From NCBI GenBank assembly GCA_964455085.1, contig CAYVYJ010000005.1, positions 21,239 through 85,238 on the forward strand: a stretch of 64,000 nt of DNA, written 5' to 3'. This DNA comes from an uncultured Planctomycetia bacterium (lineage in GTDB: Bacteria; Omnitrophota; Gorgyraeia; Duberdicusellales; 4484-171). This document shows positions 46,655 to 56,890 of this stretch, piece after piece. How positions within the stretch are numbered: position 1 is the first letter of the stretch; every line of letters starts with the position of its first letter. Under the pieces are notes generated by a model, which had not been told where the DNA came from, searched no databases, and saw only the letters and a program-made list of their open reading frames with translations. The translations under genes were made by a program, and so were the position numbers.

Positions 46655-47745
46655 TTTTGTAGCTCCTTAACCCTCTGAACAATTGCCAAAGCAGCTTCTT
46701 TAGTTCCTACGGCAGTAGGGTCGTCTCGGGTCGGTTTAAGATCATAGGTTACAGCCAGGCCCTCCCTGATTACGTCCGCGATAGCTGTTTCTAAAATTTT
46801 TGCTGACCTTTGCTCACCAATATGTTTAAGCATCAGGCAAGCCGAAAGGATAGTAGCAATAGGATTCACCCGGTTTTTACCGCGATACTTAGGTGCACTG
46901 CCGTGAGTTGGCTCAAAAACAGCTATTTTTTCCCCGATATTGGCTCCGGCAGCTAACCCTAACCCGCCAATGAGCCCTGCACTTAAATCGGAAATTATAT
47001 CCCCGTACAAATTAGGTAAGACTAAAATATCAAAATTCTCGGGCCGTTTAGTCAGCTGCATTGATAAATTATCAACGATAACGTCATTGACTTCAACCCT
47101 TCCAGCATATTTTTTGGCTACTGCATAAAAAGTACTTAAAAATAAACCATCTGTATACTTCATTATGTTGGCTTTATGCACACAGCTCACTTTCTTTCTA
47201 TTATTCTTTATGGCATAGTCAAAAGCAAACCGGGAAATTCGCTCCGATGCAAAGTGCGATATCGGCTTAATCGATAGAGCGCTGCCCTTACGAATCTTTT
47301 TTTCGGATAAAGAATTCAATAATTTAATTATTTTTTCAGTCTGAGGATTATTATCAGCAAACTCGATTCCAGCATAAAGATCTTCAGTGTTTTCCCGCAT
47401 TATTATCATATCCACATTTTTGTGGAAAGCAGTAGGGATACTAAAAGATTTAACTGGCCGCATACAGACATAAAGCTCAAATATTTGTCTTATAGCAACA
47501 TTAACCGAACGGAATCCTTTACCTACCGGAGTGGTAATCGGACCTTTAAGGGCAACTTTGTTCTTAGCTATGGAAGCTAAAGTTTCATCGGGAAGTAGTT
47601 TTCCGTAAGCTTTCAAAGCACACTCACCGGCATCAACTCTCTCCCACTTAATATCTACACCTAAAGCTTCAATACAGCTTAGGGCCGCATCAGTTACTTC
47701 CGGGCCAATACCGTCACCGGGAATTAAGGTAATTTTATAACTCAT
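46651..47745 (-). CDS. icd: Isocitrate/isopropylmalate dehydrogenase family, most like isocitrate dehydrogenase
   Basis: GDGIGPEV, KGPITTPVG.GFRSVNV, RENTEDLYAG, HKANIMK, NLYGDIISD, FEPTHGSAPK. Confidence 0.75.
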   Translation of the reverse strand: MSYKITLIPGDGIGPEVTDAALSCIEALGVDIKWERVDAGECALKAYGKLLPDETLASIAKNKVALKGPITTPVGKGFRSVNVAIRQIFELYVCMRPVKSFSIPTAFHKNVDMIIMRENTEDLYAGIEFADNNPQTEKIIKLLNSLSEKKIRKGSALSIKPISHFASERISRFAFDYAIKNNRKKVSCVHKANIMKYTDGLFLSTFYAVAKKYAGRVEVNDVIVDNLSMQLTKRPENFDILVLPNLYGDIISDLSAGLIGGLGLAAGANIGEKIAVFEPTHGSAPKYRGKNRVNPIATILSACLMLKHIGEQRSAKILETAIADVIREGLAVTYDLKPTRDDPTAVGTKEAALAIVQRVKELQK

Positions 47746-47757
47746 AGTTAACCTACT

Positions 47758-48249
47758 TTAAAAACCTTTGTTTTTTTTAAGATAACTTAAAATTCCCCCA
47801 GATTTAATTAATTCTTTACGAAACTTATCCCAAGGTTTAAACTTTATCGAACTCCCCCCTTCTTTCCTAATTACCCCTTTATCAAAATCAATACTTATGG
47901 TTTCCTTCTCTTTTAAAGAAGAGGTATCAGCCTCTATTAGAGCCAAGCCAATATTGAAAGCATTACGGTAGAAGATCCGGGCAAAACTCTTTGCTATTAC
48001 GCAAATTACTCCCGCCTCTTTTATAACCCAAGGAGCTTGTTCCCGCGAAGAACCCATGCCAAAATTCTCTCCGGCAACGATTATTGATTTACCGGAAATT
48101 AACTCCTGGTAAAAGTTTGGCCGAATATCCTCGAAAAGATATTGAGAAAGTTTCTTCATGTCAGTGATTGAAAACTTATACCTTCCCGAAATTATCCAGT
48201 CAGTATTAATATTATCGCCAAACTTAAATACTCGACCCTTTAAAACCAT
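47758..48249 (-). CDS. leuD: Aconitase-family small subunit (LeuD/HacB type)
   Basis: [35 protein letters not shown]. Confidence 0.8.
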   Translation of the reverse strand: MVLKGRVFKFGDNINTDWIISGRYKFSITDMKKLSQYLFEDIRPNFYQELISGKSIIVAGENFGMGSSREQAPWVIKEAGVICVIAKSFARIFYRNAFNIGLALIEADTSSLKEKETISIDFDKGVIRKEGGSSIKFKPWDKFRKELIKSGGILSYLKKNKGF

Positions 48250-48251
48250 AA

Positions 48252-49301
48252 TTATAAACTATCAAATTCGCTGATACTCTTAACTTTTCCCAGCGCAGTA
48301 TCTTTGGTGATAATGCCTTTTTTATAGAGCATTTTTAGAGATTTATCCATAGCATGCATTCCCTGTCGAGCTCCCATCTGAAGCAAAGAAGGCATCTGTG
48401 CGATATCATTTTCCCTGATTAAATTTCGTATCCCAGGAGTCGAAACCATAACTTCTGTTGCCAAAATTCTCCCCTTAGTATCAGCCCGGGGAACCAACAC
48501 CTGAGAAATTACCCCTTGCAGACATTCAGCAAGCTGAACAGTAACTTGCCGCTGCTGGTGGGGAGGAAAAACATCGATTATTCTTTGAATAGTCTGAGGT
48601 GCATCAGGCGTATGCAAAGTAGCTAAAACTAAATGCCCGGTCTCAGCAGCAGTAAGGGTAGTAGCAATCGTGCTTAAATCCCTCATCTCGCCTACAACGA
48701 TTACATCCGGGTCCTGGCGAAGGGTTCTTTTTAAAGCCTCGGGAAAAGAATGAGTATCGGAATATAGCTCGCGTTGCTTTATGATGCTCTTATTATTAGT
48801 GTAAATAAATTCAAGCGGATCTTCAATGCAAACAATTAACTCTTGACGTGATTCATTAATAAAATTAATCATTGCAGCCAAGGTTGTACTCTTGCCGGTT
48901 CCTGTGGGTCCGGTAACCAAAACTAAACCGTTGGGTTTTTGAATAAAATCATAAACTACATCCGGCAATCCCAACTCATCAATCACCGGAAGCTTTCGGG
49001 GAACCCGCCTTAGAGCTGCTTCAGTATTGCCCTTTTGAAGATGAATATTTACTCTGAACCGATCCATATTCTGCAAGGAGAAAGAAAAATCTAATTCTTT
49101 ATCCCGCTCAAAAATAGCTTTTTGTTCATCGTTCAACATACTGTAGACTAAATTCCTGGTTGCTTCCTTATCCAAAGCAGGTGAATCAACAACCGTAAGC
49201 TCCCCGTCGATACGCAATACTGGCGAATTATCCACAGTTATATGCAAATCACTGGCACCCTTCTCTTGGGCCATTTTAAGTAAAGCAGCCATATTGGCCA
49301 T
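48252..49301 (-). CDS. pilT: Type IV pilus retraction ATPase PilT
   Basis: GASDLHI, Walker A GPTGTGKSTT, EDP.E, LRQDPDVI.VGEMRD, AAETGHLV.ATLHT, IRNLIRE. Confidence 0.93.
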   Translation of the reverse strand: MANMAALLKMAQEKGASDLHITVDNSPVLRIDGELTVVDSPALDKEATRNLVYSMLNDEQKAIFERDKELDFSFSLQNMDRFRVNIHLQKGNTEAALRRVPRKLPVIDELGLPDVVYDFIQKPNGLVLVTGPTGTGKSTTLAAMINFINESRQELIVCIEDPLEFIYTNNKSIIKQRELYSDTHSFPEALKRTLRQDPDVIVVGEMRDLSTIATTLTAAETGHLVLATLHTPDAPQTIQRIIDVFPPHQQRQVTVQLAECLQGVISQVLVPRADTKGRILATEVMVSTPGIRNLIRENDIAQMPSLLQMGARQGMHAMDKSLKMLYKKGIITKDTALGKVKSISEFDSL

Positions 49302-49366
49302 CTTATTTACCTCCTTTGCTTATTTCTCTTATATCTTACTTATAAAATACAAAAACACTAGTAAAT

Positions 49367-50617
49367 TTACAAATATTTCCTCGGATCAGCAATCTTCCCC
49401 TTTATCGCCGAAGCCACGACTGTCGCCGGTGAAGCAAGATAAATAAAACTTTTGGGATTGCCCATCCGGCCTTTGAAATTCCGATTAGCTGTAGAAATTG
49501 TCACCTCTTTATCGGCCGGTACCCCCTGGTGTGTCCCCACACAAGGACCACAGCCAACCGGCAAAATGATTGCTCCGGCTTCAATAAATACTTTTATTAT
49601 ACCTTTGCGCAAAGCCGTTAAAAAAATCTCCCTTGAAGCCGGTGCGACTAACAATTTGATATCCCTGTGCACCTTTTTGCCCTTTATAATTTTAGCTCCA
49701 ATTTCTAAATCTTCTAAGCGGCCGTTAGTACAGGTACCTAAAAAAGCCTGATTAATCTTCACGCCTTCAACTTCTTCAACAGAAGCTCCATTATCTACCG
49801 AGTGTGGTTTCGCCACCCGTGGTGATAGCTTAGAGAAATCAAACTCAATCTCTTTCTCATAAATACAATTCTTATCAGGATAAACCGGCTGGTACCTCCT
49901 TTGCAGACGTTTTTTAAGAAATGCTAAAACTTTTTTATCCGGTGCGATCAAGCCACACTTGGCGCCAAACTCAATAGTCATATTAGTGATAGTAAATCTT
50001 GCATCTAAAGATAATCCTTCAATCACCTCGCCAGAGAACTCGACCGACTTATAAGTTGCCCCGTTAGCGCCAAGATTGTTGATAATGTTAAGAATAATAT
50101 CCTTGCTGTAAACTCCCTTGGGTAGCTTACCCTTGATAATTATTTTTTGAGTCGGAGGAACTTTAAACCAATTCTTGCCGGTAGTAAGGGCAACAGCTAA
50201 ATCAGTAGAACCAACTCCCAAGCTAGCCGCGCCGATTGCGCCGGCAGTTGAGGTATGAGAGTCAGCCCCCAGGATAAGTGCTCCTGGCCAGGCAAATCCT
50301 TGTTCAATTACTAATTGGTGAGATATCCCGCAACCAACATCGAACAATAAATTTTTATTTTTCTTTGCAAACTTACGCATCTGGGAGTGAATTCTCGATA
50401 CTCCCAGATTCGGAGAGGGGCTACTGTGATCAATGAACATAGCGTATTTTTTAGGTTTAAGAAGAGTTTTTTTTGATTCACTAATGCTGTCCAAAACCAA
50501 TGAAGTTGTTCCATCCTGAGAAAAACAAAAATCAACCTTACATATCCCTACATCATCTGCACGCAAAGAAGAGTTTGCATGGCGGGAAAGTATCTTTTCG
50601 ATTATTGTCTTAGGCAT
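49367..50617 (-). CDS. leuC: Aconitase-family large subunit (LeuC/HacA type)
   Basis: GISHQ, GADSHT, GTCTNGR.ED, GCGPCVG, STANRNFKGRMG, YLASP. Confidence 0.8.
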   Translation of the reverse strand: MPKTIIEKILSRHANSSLRADDVGICKVDFCFSQDGTTSLVLDSISESKKTLLKPKKYAMFIDHSSPSPNLGVSRIHSQMRKFAKKNKNLLFDVGCGISHQLVIEQGFAWPGALILGADSHTSTAGAIGAASLGVGSTDLAVALTTGKNWFKVPPTQKIIIKGKLPKGVYSKDIILNIINNLGANGATYKSVEFSGEVIEGLSLDARFTITNMTIEFGAKCGLIAPDKKVLAFLKKRLQRRYQPVYPDKNCIYEKEIEFDFSKLSPRVAKPHSVDNGASVEEVEGVKINQAFLGTCTNGRLEDLEIGAKIIKGKKVHRDIKLLVAPASREIFLTALRKGIIKVFIEAGAIILPVGCGPCVGTHQGVPADKEVTISTANRNFKGRMGNPKSFIYLASPATVVASAIKGKIADPRKYL

Positions 50618-50632
50618 ATCTTGAATATCTAG

Positions 50633-51787
50633 TTACAACTCTTTTAAAAACTTTCCTATTCGCTCAATACCCTTGGCAATTTGCTCCAGGGAAGTTGAGA
50701 AACTAAGACGCACATATCCCTCTTGCCCAAAAGCATCGGCAGGTATACAAGAAATGAGTGCCTCTTCTAACAGTTTAGTCGAAAAATCAAAAGATTTCAT
50801 TCCAGTTCCACGGATATCGCAAAACATATAAAATGTACCTTGAGGCTTAAGCGGTTCCAACTCACTAAACCCTGATAAACCTTCCCATAAAACATCACGC
50901 CTTTTCTGGAATTTACTCCTTATTTCGTCTTGCCATTGATCGTTACCAAAAGCAGCTAGAGCTGCACTCTGAGATATGGAAGATGCACAAGAAGTAGTAT
51001 GATCGATTATTTTTGAAGCCTGATCAATTATTTTTTGATCTCCGGCCAAATAACCAATACGCCAGCCGGTCATCGAAAATGTCTTTGAGAAACCATTTAT
51101 AGTTATAGTTGAGGTGAATGCCTCCGGTAAAGCGGCAAAACTTATGTGTTTACGGCCATCATAAGTTAGAACTTCATAAATCTCGTCACTAAGAACAAAA
51201 ATATTGTTCTCTTTAACTACTTTTAAAATATCCTCTAATTCCTGGCCAGAATAAGTTGCTCCGGTAGGGTTACTGGGATAGTTAAGAATTAAAAGCTTAG
51301 TTTTAGTGGTTATAACTTTTTTTAACTCTTCCTTATCAATCTTAAAGTTATCTGAACTCTTAGTTGGCAAGAACACTGCTTTTGCCCTGGCTAACTTAGC
51401 AATCTGTGGGTAACTTACCCAGTAAGGCGCAGGAATTATTACCTCATCACCAGGGGCCAGGAGAGTAAACATGGCAGTAAATATTGCATATTTTGCTCCT
51501 GAAGTAACAATTATATTACTAGCGGAAGTCTTGATCTTATTCTCCCGCTGTAACTTAGCAGCTATTGCTTCTTTTAGCTCAACTCTTCCAGCTGAAGGGG
51601 TATACTTGGTGAGCCCTTGATCAATGGCGGCTTTAGCTGCATCTTTCGCAAAAGAAGGAGTATCAAAGTCTGGTTCACCGGCAGCAAAATTTACCACATC
51701 TTTGCCTTCGCGGATTAATTTCTTGGTTAGGGCGGTTATCTTTAAGGTAGCAGACTTATCAAGTGATGAAACATGAGGGTTAATCAT
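50633..51787 (-). CDS. Class I/II PLP aminotransferase (aspartate aminotransferase-like)
   Basis: GEPDFDTP, PYWVSY, PSNPTG, SDEIYE, NGFSK.FSMTGWRIG, RLSF. Confidence 0.92.
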   Translation of the reverse strand: MINPHVSSLDKSATLKITALTKKLIREGKDVVNFAAGEPDFDTPSFAKDAAKAAIDQGLTKYTPSAGRVELKEAIAAKLQRENKIKTSASNIIVTSGAKYAIFTAMFTLLAPGDEVIIPAPYWVSYPQIAKLARAKAVFLPTKSSDNFKIDKEELKKVITTKTKLLILNYPSNPTGATYSGQELEDILKVVKENNIFVLSDEIYEVLTYDGRKHISFAALPEAFTSTITINGFSKTFSMTGWRIGYLAGDQKIIDQASKIIDHTTSCASSISQSAALAAFGNDQWQDEIRSKFQKRRDVLWEGLSGFSELEPLKPQGTFYMFCDIRGTGMKSFDFSTKLLEEALISCIPADAFGQEGYVRLSFSTSLEQIAKGIERIGKFLKEL

Positions 51788-51839
51788 TGTTATCCTCCCT
51801 TATCAACTATTATTCCAAGGTTAAACACCTACCTGGTTT

Positions 51840-52376
51840 CTAAAGAGCATCTCTTTCTTTTTTAAAGATCTTTCTTACTCCGGAAACAAACCCCTTCTTG
51901 GGTTTTTCAACTTTCTTGGGAGGAATTCTTTCGTGCTTTTCTTCTTTAGGGGTTTCTGCACTCTCAGTATCTTTGGGTTTGCCCCCACTAATCTTTTTCT
52001 TATTTACCTTCTCTTTCTTTACAATCTTTGTTAACTCAATAAGGGAAAGGGAAGCTCCATCACCCTTACGGTTACCCATCCGTAATATCCGGGTATATCC
52101 ACCATTTATGCCTTTAAAACGTGGCCCGATATCATTAAAAAGCCTCTTTACCAGAGCATGGTCTTCCAAGAGACGATAGACTAAGCGCTTACTGGATAAA
52201 GTTCCTTTTTTAGCCCAAGTAATCAGCTTATCAATCTGGCCTCTTATGTACTTAGCCCGAGAGGTGGTGGTAATTATCCGCTCATTGATAACTAAAGCTC
52301 TTATCAACGATTTAACTAAGGCTTTTTTCTGGGCCCGTGGACGCGAGAGTCTTTCACTTTTCTTTCTGTGTCTCAT
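51840..52376 (-). CDS. rplQ: 50S ribosomal protein L17 with C-terminal extension
   Basis: MRHRK, ERI.TT..RAK, GGYTRI; follows rpoA. Confidence 0.95.
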   Translation of the reverse strand: MRHRKKSERLSRPRAQKKALVKSLIRALVINERIITTTSRAKYIRGQIDKLITWAKKGTLSSKRLVYRLLEDHALVKRLFNDIGPRFKGINGGYTRILRMGNRKGDGASLSLIELTKIVKKEKVNKKKISGGKPKDTESAETPKEEKHERIPPKKVEKPKKGFVSGVRKIFKKERDAL

Positions 52377-53359
52377 ACCATATTCAGTTTATTCCGATCG
52401 ATTTTTGTTCCTAAAGAAAGTCCCATAGTCTTAAGAAGCGCCGCAACTTCATTTAGAGACTTTTTACCGAAGTTTCTGTAAGCTAGAATCTCCGGCTCTG
52501 TCTTCTCTACCAAATCAACTAAAGTCTTGATATTCGCCTCACGTAAGCAATTATTGCTACGCACCGATAACTCTAGCTCGGAAACCGGAAGCTTCAGCTT
52601 CTCATAAAGAGAAACTTCTTCCGGGGTCAATTCTTCATACTCTTCTTCGGGAAGTTCACCAAGTGTGAAGAAAAGTTCTAAGTGCTTATTCATTGCCTTT
52701 GCCGCATAGATTAAAGCTTCTTTGGGTTCAATACTGGCATTAGTAAAAATTTCTAAAATTAGCTTATCATAGTCGGTTCGTTTACCTACGCGGGTATTTT
52801 CGACCTTAAAAGCTATTCTCTTAACTGGAGTAAAAATAGAATCAATAGGAATAACCCCCAAAGGCATTCCTTCACGTTTGTTAACCTCAGCCGGAACAAA
52901 CCCTCGCCCTCTACCTACTTCCATCTCAATATTGAGTTTAGCTTTCTTGGAAGTAATGGTCGCGATATGTAAATCGGGATTTATAACTTCTGTGGTTTCG
53001 TCGGTTATTATATCTTTGGCCTTTATTTCCTTAACACCCTCTTCCTTGATATGAATCTTCTTGGGAGAACGTGAGTAGGACCGTAAAACAAGATTCTTGA
53101 TATTCAGAATAATCTCCGGGATGTCCTCCAAAACTCCCTCTACGGCTGAGAACTCATGAGATACCCCCTCTATTCTCACTGAAGTTACTGCCGCACCCTC
53201 GATTGAAGAAAGGAGAATTCTCCTTAAGGTATTGCCTAAAGTTACCCCGTAACCCCTTTCCAGTGGCTCAGCAATGATTTTACCGTAATCAGGCCTATAT
53301 GACTCTTGATCAACTACAATTCGCTTAGGAAATTGAAAATCCCGCCAGGTTATTCCCAT
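52373..53359 (-). CDS. rpoA: RNA polymerase alpha subunit
   Basis: EPLERGYGVTLGN.LRRILLSS, HEFS, ELSVRS.NCL, NFGKKSL.E. Confidence 0.97.
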   Translation of the reverse strand: MGITWRDFQFPKRIVVDQESYRPDYGKIIAEPLERGYGVTLGNTLRRILLSSIEGAAVTSVRIEGVSHEFSAVEGVLEDIPEIILNIKNLVLRSYSRSPKKIHIKEEGVKEIKAKDIITDETTEVINPDLHIATITSKKAKLNIEMEVGRGRGFVPAEVNKREGMPLGVIPIDSIFTPVKRIAFKVENTRVGKRTDYDKLILEIFTNASIEPKEALIYAAKAMNKHLELFFTLGELPEEEYEELTPEEVSLYEKLKLPVSELELSVRSNNCLREANIKTLVDLVEKTEPEILAYRNFGKKSLNEVAALLKTMGLSLGTKIDRNKLNMV

Positions 53360-53371
53360 CGTTTACCTCCT

Positions 53372-53446
53372 CAATGAGACTTACATTTTTTTACTAAAAA
53401 ATGTTTAGTCGAATTGATACTGCGGTCATGAAATGACCGAAGTATC
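53372..53446. repeat. Double-hairpin element (family B)
   Basis: CAATGAGACT-[ACATTTTTT...AAAAAATGT]-AGTCGAATTG then GATACTGCGGTCAT-GAA-ATGACCGAAGTATC; same architecture as 16241-16315. Confidence 0.7.
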
Positions 53447-53460
53447 TTTATTTTTTCTAT

Positions 53461-54093
53461 CTACTTAGAATAAAGCTCCACGATTAATTGCTCATCAACC
53501 GCGATAACTAAATCTTCCTTTTCCGGAAAACGTATAATCTTTATCTTAAGATTATTCTTATCGACCTGCATCCAGGTAGGAACGCTTCTTTCTTTTGAGT
53601 TTATCTCAACACCTTCCTTTAAACCTGTTTTTATGCTGTCTTTTGCTCTTATCACAACAGTTTGGCCCTCCTTAACTATATATGACGGTATATTTACTCT
53701 CTTCCCGTCAATAAACACAAACCCATGCTGCACCACCTGCCGGGCATGGTTGCGCGAAAAGGCAAAAAGTGAACGATAAATAACATTGTCTAATCGTCTC
53801 TCTAGTAATTGAATCAATACTCTACCGGTAACTCCCCGGGTTTTATGGGCCATCATAAAAAATCGCTTAAATTGTCTCTCAAGCATCCCATAGATTCTCT
53901 TTACCTTCTGCTTTTCTTTCAACTGCAAAGCATAGTTGGTTGGTTTTGACCGAAATCGGCGGGTAGAAGTCCCCGGAGGTGCAGGGCGCTTAGCGAATGC
54001 GCACTTTTCTGTTATACATCTAGGCCCTTTTAAAAATAACTTCGCCCCGGCTCTACGGCATAATCGGCATTTCGCGTCGACATATCTTCCCAT
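53461..54093 (-). CDS. rpsD: 30S ribosomal protein S4
   Basis: MGRY...CRLCRR, QL.EKQK, LERRLDN, IVELYSK. Confidence 0.97.
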   Translation of the reverse strand: MGRYVDAKCRLCRRAGAKLFLKGPRCITEKCAFAKRPAPPGTSTRRFRSKPTNYALQLKEKQKVKRIYGMLERQFKRFFMMAHKTRGVTGRVLIQLLERRLDNVIYRSLFAFSRNHARQVVQHGFVFIDGKRVNIPSYIVKEGQTVVIRAKDSIKTGLKEGVEINSKERSVPTWMQVDKNNLKIKIIRFPEKEDLVIAVDEQLIVELYSK

Positions 54094-54177
54094 TTTTATC
54101 TTTTCTCCTAATTTACCTGATTGTGCTCAAAACATACTTGTGCCCATGAGGGTATAACTTACGCTTTAAAACTGTTA

Positions 54178-54570
54178 TTAGACCCTCCGCTTCTTCTTTG
54201 GTCTACATCCATTATGCGGCATAGGAGTAATATCCTTTATTTTTTTCACGCTTAAACCGGCAGCCTGTAAAGACCTGATTGCTGATTCTCTCCCCGGACC
54301 AGGCCCTTTAACTAAGACTTCTAATTCTCTCAATCCCATCTCTCTAGCCTGTTTAGCAGCATTTAAAGAAGCAAGCTGGGCGGCATAAGGAGTAGATTTT
54401 TTAGCCCCTTTGAATCCTACTGCTCCAGCTGAAGACCAAGTCAAAACATTTCCCTTTAAGTCAGTTATTGAAACTATTGTATTGTTAAAGGTAGCTTTAA
54501 TGTGAGCTATCCCGATATTAGATAAGAGTGGTGCCTTTTTCTTTCTGTCTTTTTTCTTCTTTTTTGCCAT
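54178..54570 (-). CDS. rpsK: 30S ribosomal protein S11
   Basis: [33 protein letters not shown]. Confidence 0.97.
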   Translation of the reverse strand: MAKKKKKDRKKKAPLLSNIGIAHIKATFNNTIVSITDLKGNVLTWSSAGAVGFKGAKKSTPYAAQLASLNAAKQAREMGLRELEVLVKGPGPGRESAIRSLQAAGLSVKKIKDITPMPHNGCRPKKKRRV

Positions 54571-54585
54571 TTTTTACTCCTAATA

Positions 54586-54954
54586 TTACTTCTTAATTCC
54601 GCCCACTCTTGGCTTAGGACCCTTACGGGTACGGGCGTTACAGCGAGTACGCTGTCCCCGAACTGGAAGACCTTTTTTGTGGCGGATACCCCGATAACTG
54701 CTTATATCGATTAACCTACGTATATTTTGAGTGTTTTCCCGGCGTAATTCCCCTTCGATTCTATAATGTGCCTGGACAAATGAGGCAATTTGAGAAACCT
54801 CCTCTTCACTCAAGTCAGAAGCCTTTTTCTCGGGATCAATTCCGATATCATTAAGAATCTTGATCGAAGTTGTTGGACCAATCCCATAAATATATCTTAG
54901 GGCAATCTTTATCCTCTTATCCTTAGGAATGTCTACACCGAAAATTCTTGGCAT
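54586..54954 (-). CDS. rpsM: 30S ribosomal protein S13
   Basis: YIYGIG, YRGIRH..GLPVRGQRT..NARTRKG. Confidence 0.97.
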   Translation of the reverse strand: MPRIFGVDIPKDKRIKIALRYIYGIGPTTSIKILNDIGIDPEKKASDLSEEEVSQIASFVQAHYRIEGELRRENTQNIRRLIDISSYRGIRHKKGLPVRGQRTRCNARTRKGPKPRVGGIKK

Positions 54955-55003
54955 CTTATTTTCTCCTTATCCCTTTCTTATCTAACCCTTATCGGTTACG
55001 ATT

Positions 55004-55117
55004 TTAACCCTGTCTTTGCTTATGCTTAGGGTTTTTACAGATAATCCTTACAATTTTTTTCCTCTTTATTATCTTACATTTATCACAAATTCGCTTAACT
55101 GACGCTTTAACTTTCAT
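55004..55117 (-). CDS. rpmJ: 50S ribosomal protein L36 (Zn-binding type); not in the ORF track
   Basis: Manual translation [37 protein letters not shown]. Confidence 0.95.
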   Translation of the reverse strand: MKVKASVKRICDKCKIIKRKKIVRIICKNPKHKQRQG

Positions 55118-55263
55118 CTCTTACCTACACTAGTTTTGTTCTGCTATATTATCTTTTACTTTCCTTTAAAACTTTATTGTCGATCAACGACAATGATGGA
55201 TGCAATTTATCGGTTGAGGCTAAGCCTCAACCGGCTCCGCCTTCGGCGGAGATTGCATACATC
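55115..55263. mobile_element. ~149-bp MITE-like element (family A, long form) abutting the rpmJ start codon
   Basis: Colinear with 42892-43037; stem GATGGATGCAAT/ATTGCATACATC enclosing CGGTTGAGGC-TAA-GCCTCAACCG and CTCCGCC-TTC-GGCGGAG; bounded by CATC. Confidence 0.65.
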
Positions 55264-55284
55264 TTAATCAGCCTCTTCTAATAT

Positions 55285-55503
55285 CTATTTCTCGCGATAA
55301 GTTATTCTTCCTCTGGTTAAATCGTAAGGAGAAAGCTCTAACTTCACCTTGTCTCCGGGAAGAATCCTGATAAAATGCATTCGCATCTTACCAGAAACAT
55401 GAGCCAAAACAATATGCCCATTCTCCAGCTTCACCCTAAACATTGCATTCGGTAAAGCTTCTACGATCTCACCTTCAACTGCGATTAATTCTTCTTTTGC
55501 CAT
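55285..55503 (-). CDS. infA: Translation initiation factor IF-1
   Basis: [21 protein letters not shown]...IRILPGD, SPYDL.RGRI. Confidence 0.98.
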   Translation of the reverse strand: MAKEELIAVEGEIVEALPNAMFRVKLENGHIVLAHVSGKMRMHFIRILPGDKVKLELSPYDLTRGRITYREK

Positions 55504-55516
55504 ATTTTTATTTAAA

Positions 55517-56263
55517 CTAACGGGTTAATACTTCAAACCCATTTTTGGTTACTGCTATAGTATGCTCAAAGTGAGCGGCTAAAGAATTATCTTTAGTCCT
55601 AGCGGTCCAACCATCGTCTAGGATGTCTACCGCGGAACTACCGGCTGCAACCATTGGTTCAACAGCAATAACACAACCTTCCAACAATTCACTTCCCTTA
55701 CCGGCGTCGCCAAAATTAGGAATTTCCGGTGGCAGGTGCAAGCTCCGACCTATTCCGTGACCTACGAATCTCCGAATCACTGAAAAGCCGTTTTTTTCAA
55801 CACATTTCTGAATGGCTGAACTCACGTCTCCTACGCTCCGGCCGGATTTTATCCGCCTTATCCCTGCCTTGAGTGATTGCCGGGTAACTTTTACTAACCT
55901 TTTGGCCAAAAGGGAAGCTTTACCTATAATATAGGTATAAGCAGTATCCACAAACAAGCCCTTATACTTAATCCCCAAATCTACGCTCACCAAATCTCCG
56001 TCATTAACTACCTGCTGCGAAGGAATTCCGTGGATTATCTCTTGATTAACCGAGACACAGCATGAGGCTGGATAACCCTTAAACCCCTTAAAGGCTGCTT
56101 CCATTCCCGGATACCGGTCAATTTCACGCTCAAAGAACTCTTCGATGTTCTTGGTTAAAATTCCTGGTTTTATAAAACCGTTTAGTTTCTTCAAAATTGC
56201 TGACGCCACCCGACCAGCCTTGCGCATCGTTATTAATTCTTGGCGGCTCAAAGGCTCATTCAT
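55517..56263 (-). CDS. map: Methionine aminopeptidase type I
   Basis: CVSVN..I.HGIP, VD.G, DTA, GHGIG...H, EPM, AHFEHT. Confidence 0.95.
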   Translation of the reverse strand: MNEPLSRQELITMRKAGRVASAILKKLNGFIKPGILTKNIEEFFEREIDRYPGMEAAFKGFKGYPASCCVSVNQEIIHGIPSQQVVNDGDLVSVDLGIKYKGLFVDTAYTYIIGKASLLAKRLVKVTRQSLKAGIRRIKSGRSVGDVSSAIQKCVEKNGFSVIRRFVGHGIGRSLHLPPEIPNFGDAGKGSELLEGCVIAVEPMVAAGSSAVDILDDGWTARTKDNSLAAHFEHTIAVTKNGFEVLTR

Positions 56264-56889
56264 TGCAGTTCATTTTTTATTCTTTCAAAGACCTCTTTAA
56301 TCTTCCCCTTAGCGTCAACTTTAACTAGTTTATTTTTTTTCTGGTAAAAATCCAAAACTTTACTAGCTTCCTGAGAAAATACCTGCCAACGGTTTTTTAT
56401 GACTTCCGGGTTATCATCATCTCTTTGTGCCAGCTCGCCGCCGCATTTATCACAGATACCGGCATTCTTTGAAGGCAGACTTACTAAATGATAGTTAGCT
56501 CCGCAAGACTTGCAAACTCTTCTTTTGGAAAGACGGTCAACTATTATCTGCTGATCAATATCTAAATAAATAACAATATCTACATCGCTATTGTTTTTAT
56601 TTAAAATTTCATCCAGTTTTCTAGCCTGGCTTAGGTTCCTCGGATAGCCATCAAGGAGAAACCCTTCTTGGTCAATATTTTCTTCAATCACCCGGGAGAC
56701 TAACTCATCGGGAACCAAGACACCTCGCTCCATATAGCTCTTCACTTCCTGGCCTAAATTACTCTCCTTTTTAACCTCTTCTCGTAAAATGTCTCCCAAT
56801 GATATTTTCCTGACCCCTAAGGAGTCTGCTAACAGCATTGCCTGCGTACCTTTACCTGAACCGGGTGAACCAAAAAGAATTACTCGCAT
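56260..56889 (-). CDS. adk: Adenylate kinase (Zn-lid)
   Basis: GSPGSGKGTQA, G.LVPD, LDGYPR, CKSC...CDKC, QR.DD; start moved to ATG 56889. Confidence 0.95.
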   Translation of the reverse strand: MRVILFGSPGSGKGTQAMLLADSLGVRKISLGDILREEVKKESNLGQEVKSYMERGVLVPDELVSRVIEENIDQEGFLLDGYPRNLSQARKLDEILNKNNSDVDIVIYLDIDQQIIVDRLSKRRVCKSCGANYHLVSLPSKNAGICDKCGGELAQRDDDNPEVIKNRWQVFSQEASKVLDFYQKKNKLVKVDAKGKIKEVFERIKNELQ

Positions 56890-56890
56890 C

